DNA of 64,000 nucleotides from an uncultured Verrucomicrobiota bacterium (GTDB taxonomy: Bacteria; Verrucomicrobiota; Verrucomicrobiia; Limisphaerales; MWDV01), in contig CAZJTM010000002.1 in assembly GCA_964548925.1 (NCBI GenBank), positions 10,814 through 74,813 of the forward strand, in the 5' to 3' direction. This document shows, in pieces, positions 58,820-64,000 of the stretch. A model generated the notes under the pieces. The model saw only the letters and a list, made by a program, of their open reading frames with translations. It ran no database searches and was not told where the DNA came from. Within the stretch, counting starts at the first letter, position 1, and each line of letters starts with the position of its first letter. Position numbers and translations under genes: made by a program.

Positions 58820-60232
58820 ATGAATACTCGATTGAGCCGCCGTTCCTTCCTGAAGCAAACCGCACTGACCGCCACTGTGGTTTCCGCCTCTCCGTTCCAC
58901 ATTCTCCGCGCCGCCAATGCCGGCGAGAAAGTCCGCGTCGTCCAGATTGGCTGTGGCGGGCGCGGGATGTCCCATCTCAGCGCCACGTTGAACGAGGAAC
59001 TGGTCGCCATTGTGGACGTGGACGAAAAACGTCACGCCGCCGTGCAGAAGTGGCTGGCCGACAAACAGCGGCCCGCGGACAAGGTGCAGGTGTTCACAGA
59101 TTACCGAAAGCTGTTCGACAAGCTTGCCAAGAGCTTCGACGCCGTGTTCATCGCCACGCCGAACCACCAGCACGCCCTGCCCGCGCTGATCGCCATGCAG
59201 TTGGGCAAGCACGTGTATTGCGAAAAACCGGTCTGCCAGAACATCGGCGAGGCCCGCGCCCTGCGCGCGATGGCCGCCAAATCCAAGGTCGCCACGCAGA
59301 TGGGCAACCAGGGCCATTGCGAAGAAGGCTACCGCCGCCTGTGCGAATACATCTGGGCTGGCGTGATTGGCAAAGTCACCGAGACGCACAGTTGGACGAA
59401 CCGTGCCAACGGCGGTGAAGGCCCGCGCCCGCCCGCCGAACCCGTGCCCGCCGGCCTGCATTGGGACGAGTGGATCGGCCCCGCGCCGTATCGCGATTTC
59501 CACAGCGACCTCCACCCGCATTCGTGGCACGGCTGGTTTGACTTCGGCAACGGTTCGATCGGCAACATGGGCTGCCACGTGCTTGACGGCGTCTTCTGGG
59601 CGCTCAAGGTCGAGCATCCCACAAGCGTCGAGGTCGAAACCATGCGCGGCGGCAGTAAGGAGCGCTATCCCATGGGCAGCCGCGTCCGCTGGGACGTGCC
59701 GGCGCGGGGCGACCTGCCGCCGCTCAGGGTCTATTGGTACGAGGGTCTGAATCCCACCGCCAAGGGCCGCCCCCAGGGCAACCTGCGCATGGCCCAGGGC
59801 GACGACCGCCATTTCCCGCAGCTCCTCCTCGATCTCCGCAAGCAATACCCCGACGAGGAACTCGACAGTGGCGACAGCGGCACGCTCTACGTGGGCGAGA
59901 AGGGCGTCATCTTTACGGGTACCTACGGCGACAAAATGCACATCGTCCCGTGGGCAAAGATGCGCGAAACACCCGAACCGCCCAAGACGCTGCCCCGCCC
60001 GAAGGGCATCTTTGTGGACTTCTTGGAGGCCGTCCGCGCCGGCAAGACCGAGACGGCCGTGAGTTTCGATTACGGCACGCGGCTGACGGAGTTCGCCATC
60101 CTCGGCAATCTCGCGATGCAGGCCGGCGCCGGCAAGAAGGTGATGTGGGACGGGCGGAAGATGAAGGTCACCAACCTGCCGGAGTTGAACGCCTGGGTCA
60201 GCCGCAAACCGCGCAAGGGCTGGAAGGCCTGA
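58820..60232 (+). CDS. Tat-exported Gfo/Idh/MocA oxidoreductase
   Basis: SRRSFLK, IGCGGRG, VYCEKP, GNMGCH. Confidence 0.92.
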   Translation: MNTRLSRRSFLKQTALTATVVSASPFHILRAANAGEKVRVVQIGCGGRGMSHLSATLNEELVAIVDVDEKRHAAVQKWLADKQRPADKVQVFTDYRKLFDKLAKSFDAVFIATPNHQHALPALIAMQLGKHVYCEKPVCQNIGEARALRAMAAKSKVATQMGNQGHCEEGYRRLCEYIWAGVIGKVTETHSWTNRANGGEGPRPPAEPVPAGLHWDEWIGPAPYRDFHSDLHPHSWHGWFDFGNGSIGNMGCHVLDGVFWALKVEHPTSVEVETMRGGSKERYPMGSRVRWDVPARGDLPPLRVYWYEGLNPTAKGRPQGNLRMAQGDDRHFPQLLLDLRKQYPDEELDSGDSGTLYVGEKGVIFTGTYGDKMHIVPWAKMRETPEPPKTLPRPKGIFVDFLEAVRAGKTETAVSFDYGTRLTEFAILGNLAMQAGAGKKVMWDGRKMKVTNLPELNAWVSRKPRKGWKA

Positions 60233-60276
60233 CCTTCAAGGCCGGGGACTACTGCCATAACCCGACGCTGGATGCC

Positions 60277-60549
60277 ATGCCACACCTAACGAAGAACGAG
60301 TGGAAAGGGCTCTGGGCAATCCTCTGGCGCGTGTTGGTCCTTGGTCCGATCGTCGGCTTATTTGGGTTGGCTTTGCTCGTCATGATCATCGCTGTGTTTT
60401 TGGGGCCGCCCGCCTACGCGGCATTTGCCTTTCTTTCGGGGGATTGGTTGCTGGGAATCGTCGCACTCGCAGGTTGGAGTGTTGTGCTGTGTTTTAGACG
60501 ACCGTTTCTGCGTTGGACGTTGGAAGGCATCGAACACGCAAGCATCTGA
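60277..60549 (+). CDS. Small hypothetical membrane protein
   Basis: 90-aa, mostly hydrophobic ORF (MPHLTKNEWKGLWAILW...). Confidence 0.5.
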   Translation: MPHLTKNEWKGLWAILWRVLVLGPIVGLFGLALLVMIIAVFLGPPAYAAFAFLSGDWLLGIVALAGWSVVLCFRRPFLRWTLEGIEHASI

Positions 60550-60558
60550 ATGCGAGGA

Positions 60559-61143
60559 TCAGCGTCTGCTGTCGCCGGCGCAACCAAGCGGCTTCGCACT
60601 CTCGGTTCCGAACGGCTCCAAGCGGACAAGCGTCTCACCCGTTTCGAGTTCCTCGAGGAGTTCAGAAAAAGTGTTTTTCTGACCAGACAGCACGAACTTC
60701 GGAGCAATCTCGCTGAGCGGTTGAAGGACGAACCGGCGCAAGTGGGCCCGCGGATGCGGCAAGGTCAGGCTGGGTGTGTTGCGTGTCTGGTTGCCAAAGG
60801 AGATTAAGTCCAAGTCCAAGGGGCGCGGCTCGTTGAGGATTTGCTTGGGCTGCCGGCCAAACTCCTTCTCCAGCGCCTGAAGCTTCGCGAGCAGGGACTC
60901 AGGCGTTTCTCCGGCGCGCGGCGCGAACCCCACGACCGCGTTTACAAATGGTGGCGAGCTAGGGGGGCAGTCCACCGGCGAGGTTTGCCAGAGGGAGGAT
61001 TTCAGCAGGGGCGCATCGGAAAACTGCTGCAAGCGGTCCATCGCATTGCGGATAATCCGCACCGGGTCGCCCAGATTCGACCCGAGAGCCACAAAAGCCA
61101 TTTGCCCGTCCTCGGACTTCGGACTTCGGACCTCGGACCTCAT
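60559..61143 (-). CDS. folK: 2-amino-4-hydroxy-6-hydroxymethyldihydropteridine diphosphokinase
   Basis: ALGSNLG, FVNAV, RPLDLDLI, LPHPR..LRRFVLQPL. ATGA overlap with dapB; alternative start 61101. Confidence 0.93.
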   Translation of the reverse strand: MRSEVRSPKSEDGQMAFVALGSNLGDPVRIIRNAMDRLQQFSDAPLLKSSLWQTSPVDCPPSSPPFVNAVVGFAPRAGETPESLLAKLQALEKEFGRQPKQILNEPRPLDLDLISFGNQTRNTPSLTLPHPRAHLRRFVLQPLSEIAPKFVLSGQKNTFSELLEELETGETLVRLEPFGTESAKPLGCAGDSRR

Positions 61144-61874
61144 CTCAGACCCAGCACATCCTGCATGTCGTAGAGCCCGGGCTGCTGCCTCACGACCCAG
61201 AGCGCCGCGCGGAATGCGCCGTTGGCGAAGGTTTCGCGGCTCGATGCCTTGTGCGTGAGTTCCACGCGCTCGCCTGGCGTCGCGAAGATGACGGTGTGAT
61301 CGCCGACCACGTCGCCGCCGCGAATGGCGTGAATGCCGATTTCTTCCGGCGTGCGCTCGCCCACCAGACCCTCGCGGCCGTGTCGTGCCACGCGCTTGAG
61401 TTGCTGCTGGCGCACGTCGGCAAGGATTTCCGCCAGCGACTTTGCCGTCCCGCTCGGGGCGTCCTTCTTGAGCCGATGGTGCATTTCGACAACTTCCAGA
61501 TCGTAGCCCGGGCCGAGAATCTCCGCCGCCTTGCGCGTCAGCCAAAAAAGAGTGTTGACGCCCGTCGAGAAGTTCGACGCCCAAACCATCGGAATTCGCG
61601 ATTTGAAATTGGCGATTTGAGATTGCTCCGCCGCGCCGTGCCCGGTCGTGCCGATGACCATCGCCTTTCCGTGCCCCGCGCAAAGCTCTGCAATGCCAGC
61701 GGTGGCACTGTGCGAACTGAAATCAATAACCACGTCGCAGCGGCCGACGATGGCCGCCAGGTCGTCGCCCTGGTCAATCTGGCCGACGACTTCGATTTCG
61801 CGATGGTTCGGGGTACAGGCCAGCAGCGCCTTGCCCATGCGGCCTTTCGATCCGGTGATGATGACTTTGGTCAT
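61140..61874 (-). CDS. dapB: 4-hydroxy-tetrahydrodipicolinate reductase
   Basis: GSKGRMG, IGTTG, EMHHRLKKDAPSGTA, THKASSR. Confidence 0.96.
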   Translation of the reverse strand: MTKVIITGSKGRMGKALLACTPNHREIEVVGQIDQGDDLAAIVGRCDVVIDFSSHSATAGIAELCAGHGKAMVIGTTGHGAAEQSQIANFKSRIPMVWASNFSTGVNTLFWLTRKAAEILGPGYDLEVVEMHHRLKKDAPSGTAKSLAEILADVRQQQLKRVARHGREGLVGERTPEEIGIHAIRGGDVVGDHTVIFATPGERVELTHKASSRETFANGAFRAALWVVRQQPGLYDMQDVLGLR

Positions 61875-61907
61875 GCCAGCTTCGTCCTCGTTCTTCGTTC
61901 TCGATCT

Positions 61908-62786
61908 CTAGCTTAGGATTCCGCACGCCTTCAGCGACTTCGCCAGCTTCTCGCGATTCGCCGCCGCCATCGGCACCAGCGGCAGGCGGTACTCCTCGGC
62001 GATCAGGCCCATCATGGCCAACGCGGCCTTGGCTGGAACGGGGTTCGTTTCAATGAACAGGTCCTTGAAGATGGGATAAAACTGCTCGTGGAGCTTCCGT
62101 GCGGCCGCCGTCTTGCCCGCGGCGAACGCTTTGACCATCTGTGCCACCTGGCGCGGAATAATGTTCGACGCCACGCTCACCACGCCCACCGCGCCGACAG
62201 CCATGAACGGCAGCGTGAGTGAGTCGTCGCCGCTCAGGATGGTGAACTTCGGTCCCAGTGCCGCCCGCAGTTGGCTCACCCGATCCGGGTTTCCGCCGGC
62301 TTCCTTGATCGAGACGATGTTCCTGCATTCCGCGGCGAGGCGCTTCACGGTGTCCACGCCAATCTCAATGCCGCAACGGCCTGGGATGCTATAGAGGATG
62401 ATCGGCAGCTTTGTCGCGCGGGCGACTTCGCGGAAATGCTGAAACACGCCTTCCTGCGTTGGCTTGTTGTAGTAGGGCGCGACCTGGAGCGAGGCATCCG
62501 CGCCGGCCTTTTCGGCCTCCTGCGTCAGGTAGATCGCTTCCTTGGTCGAGTTGCCGCCCGTGCCGGCGATGACCTTGATCTTGCCGGCGGCAAACTTCAC
62601 GGAGAGGGCGATCACGCGAATGTGTTCCTCGTAATCGAGCGTGGCGGATTCGCCCGTCGTGCCGACGGGCACAATGCCGTCCACGCCGCCCTTGATCTGC
62701 ATGCGGATTAGGCGTTGGAGTGCGACTTCGTCAATCTTGCCGTCTTTGAACGGCGTTACAATGGCTGTGTAGGTGCCGGTGAACAT
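61908..62786 (-). CDS. dapA: 4-hydroxy-tetrahydrodipicolinate synthase
   Basis: GTTGES, PYYNKP, YSIPGR, IKEA, LSGDD, TNPVP. Confidence 0.97.
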   Translation of the reverse strand: MFTGTYTAIVTPFKDGKIDEVALQRLIRMQIKGGVDGIVPVGTTGESATLDYEEHIRVIALSVKFAAGKIKVIAGTGGNSTKEAIYLTQEAEKAGADASLQVAPYYNKPTQEGVFQHFREVARATKLPIILYSIPGRCGIEIGVDTVKRLAAECRNIVSIKEAGGNPDRVSQLRAALGPKFTILSGDDSLTLPFMAVGAVGVVSVASNIIPRQVAQMVKAFAAGKTAAARKLHEQFYPIFKDLFIETNPVPAKAALAMMGLIAEEYRLPLVPMAAANREKLAKSLKACGILS

Positions 62787-62851
62787 GTGTTTCAGAATTG
62801 CAGTGCGGTATGTTGCCAGAAAACGCGCCGCTGGCGAGTCCGATTTCGAGG

Positions 62852-63667
62852 CTAGACTTCAATCCGTCCTTCAAAGACAAATTCCGCAGGACCGTTCAAA
62901 CGCACGTCGGCAAAACCCTCGTCGGCATCACGGAAACTGACCTTCAGGGTATCGCCGCCCTGGACGCGCACGCGCACCGGCGAACGAAAACCGTGCAATC
63001 GCGCCGAGATGAGCGCCGAAGCGGTGACGCCGGTGCCGCACGCCAGGGTTTCGCCTTCGACGCCCCGCTCGAAGGTGCGCACGCGAATCGAGTTCGCGCC
63101 AAGGACCTGCACGAAATTCACGTTGGTCCCGCGCGGGCCGAAGTGGGGGTGGCGGCGTATCTCCGGGCCCAATTGCGAAATCATGGCCTTGTCGGCATCC
63201 GGCACGTAAAGCACGGCATGCGGAACGCCGGTGTTCAGCGAGTGGATCAGGGTCGGGCCAACGGAGAGCGGGACCTGCTGGTTCAGGAGGAGGTCTTTCG
63301 GCGGCGTCAGGTTGACCGTCACGCGATCGTCCTGGAACTGCGCCGTAATGACGCCCGCTTCGGTTTCGAAGGTCAGGCGTTCCTTGTCACCGGTCAGGCG
63401 TTGCACGAAGCGGGCGAAGCAACGCGCCCCGTTGCCGCACATCTCGCCGGTGCTGCCGTCACTGTTGTAGAACTGCCACGCCCAATCCGCCTTGCCCGAG
63501 GCGCACGGGATCAGCGCGATCAAGCCGTCCGCCCCAACCCCGCGGTGACGGTCGCACAAGCGCGCAATCTGCGCCGGGGTCAACGCCGTCTTGCCCGCGC
63601 GATTGTCGAGCAGGATGAAATCGTTGCCCGCACCGTTCATCTTGGTGAATTCCAGCCGCATGGCCAA
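62852..63667 (-). CDS. dapF: Diaminopimelate epimerase
   Basis: KMNGAGNDF, EMCGNG, TGVPH, ERGVEGETLACGTG. Confidence 0.97.
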   Translation of the reverse strand: MAMRLEFTKMNGAGNDFILLDNRAGKTALTPAQIARLCDRHRGVGADGLIALIPCASGKADWAWQFYNSDGSTGEMCGNGARCFARFVQRLTGDKERLTFETEAGVITAQFQDDRVTVNLTPPKDLLLNQQVPLSVGPTLIHSLNTGVPHAVLYVPDADKAMISQLGPEIRRHPHFGPRGTNVNFVQVLGANSIRVRTFERGVEGETLACGTGVTASALISARLHGFRSPVRVRVQGGDTLKVSFRDADEGFADVRLNGPAEFVFEGRIEV

Positions 63668-63770
63668 ACGCTAGCCCGGCGCCCGGCCCGGCGAAAGCGC
63701 AAAGTCGGCCCGGCTCGGCCCGGGGGGTTAAGGCTTTACTCCGCGCGCTCCAAATCGCAGATTCTTCCAC

Positions 63771-64000
63771 ATGGCTGAAAGTCTCGCGGAAGCAAATTCA
63801 CCCGAAAGCCGGCTGATCGCAGCCGGTGAGGGGCGGTCTTTCTTTACGGGCCTCGGCGAAGCAATTCAACGGTCCCAAACGCATCTGTTAAGCTTGCGGA
63901 AGCCAGAGGGCTATTGGGTAGGGGAGTTGATGGTGGACTCCACGCTGGTGTCGGACATGGTAGCCTTCCATCACTGGGATGGGAGCGTGGACCCGGCGTG
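63771..64000 (+). CDS. shc: Squalene-hopene cyclase, 5' end (truncated by window)
   Basis: Own translation: MAESL...AIQRSQTHLLSLRKPEGYWVGELMVDSTLVSD. Matches the first QW-type repeat and WxGEL pattern of SHC. Confidence 0.75.
   Translation, partial: MAESLAEANSPESRLIAAGEGRSFFTGLGEAIQRSQTHLLSLRKPEGYWVGELMVDSTLVSDMVAFHHWDGSVDPA

Noticed and set aside
60233-60558. Small membrane ORF as an integron cassette
   Set aside because: Only a weak CATAACC-like motif, with no convincing attC inverted structure and no integrase.
61144-61683. Upstream extension of the folK ORF
   Set aside because: Alternative frame of dapB. folK starts at 61143 or 61101.

Overview
GC-rich bacterial chromosome segment, most likely Verrucomicrobiota subdivision 3. 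This is inferred from the PEP-CTERM-type protein, the N-methyl/H-X9-DG pilin-like gene, the planctomycete-type cytochrome c, the giant LTD/CotH surface protein and the repeat families. Core genes: dctP (partial), gatC-ptsH-hprK-lptB-lptC/A-kdsA, tRNA-Ser(CGA), dapF-dapA-dapB-folK and the 5' end of a squalene-hopene cyclase. Accessory blocks: a ROK/PIG-L/deaminase operon; a two-component cassette of secreted FG-GAP/tail-fibre-like, Ig and PEP-CTERM proteins, interrupted by an antisense vapBC pair; a ~3,200-aa PA14/LTD/CotH protein; a moxR-DUF58-batA-E operon; and a sugar-salvage block with a GHMP-kinase/UDP-sugar-pyrophosphorylase fusion. The main unexplained structure is a dense population of palindromic and short-period (6-8 bp, mostly 7 bp) repeat elements from several families. 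Some are nested inside each other. Many sit in frame inside genes: just after translationally coupled start codons, in domain linkers, and in dapB apparently replacing native codons without a length change. No CRISPR array, transposase, integrase or reverse transcriptase was found.
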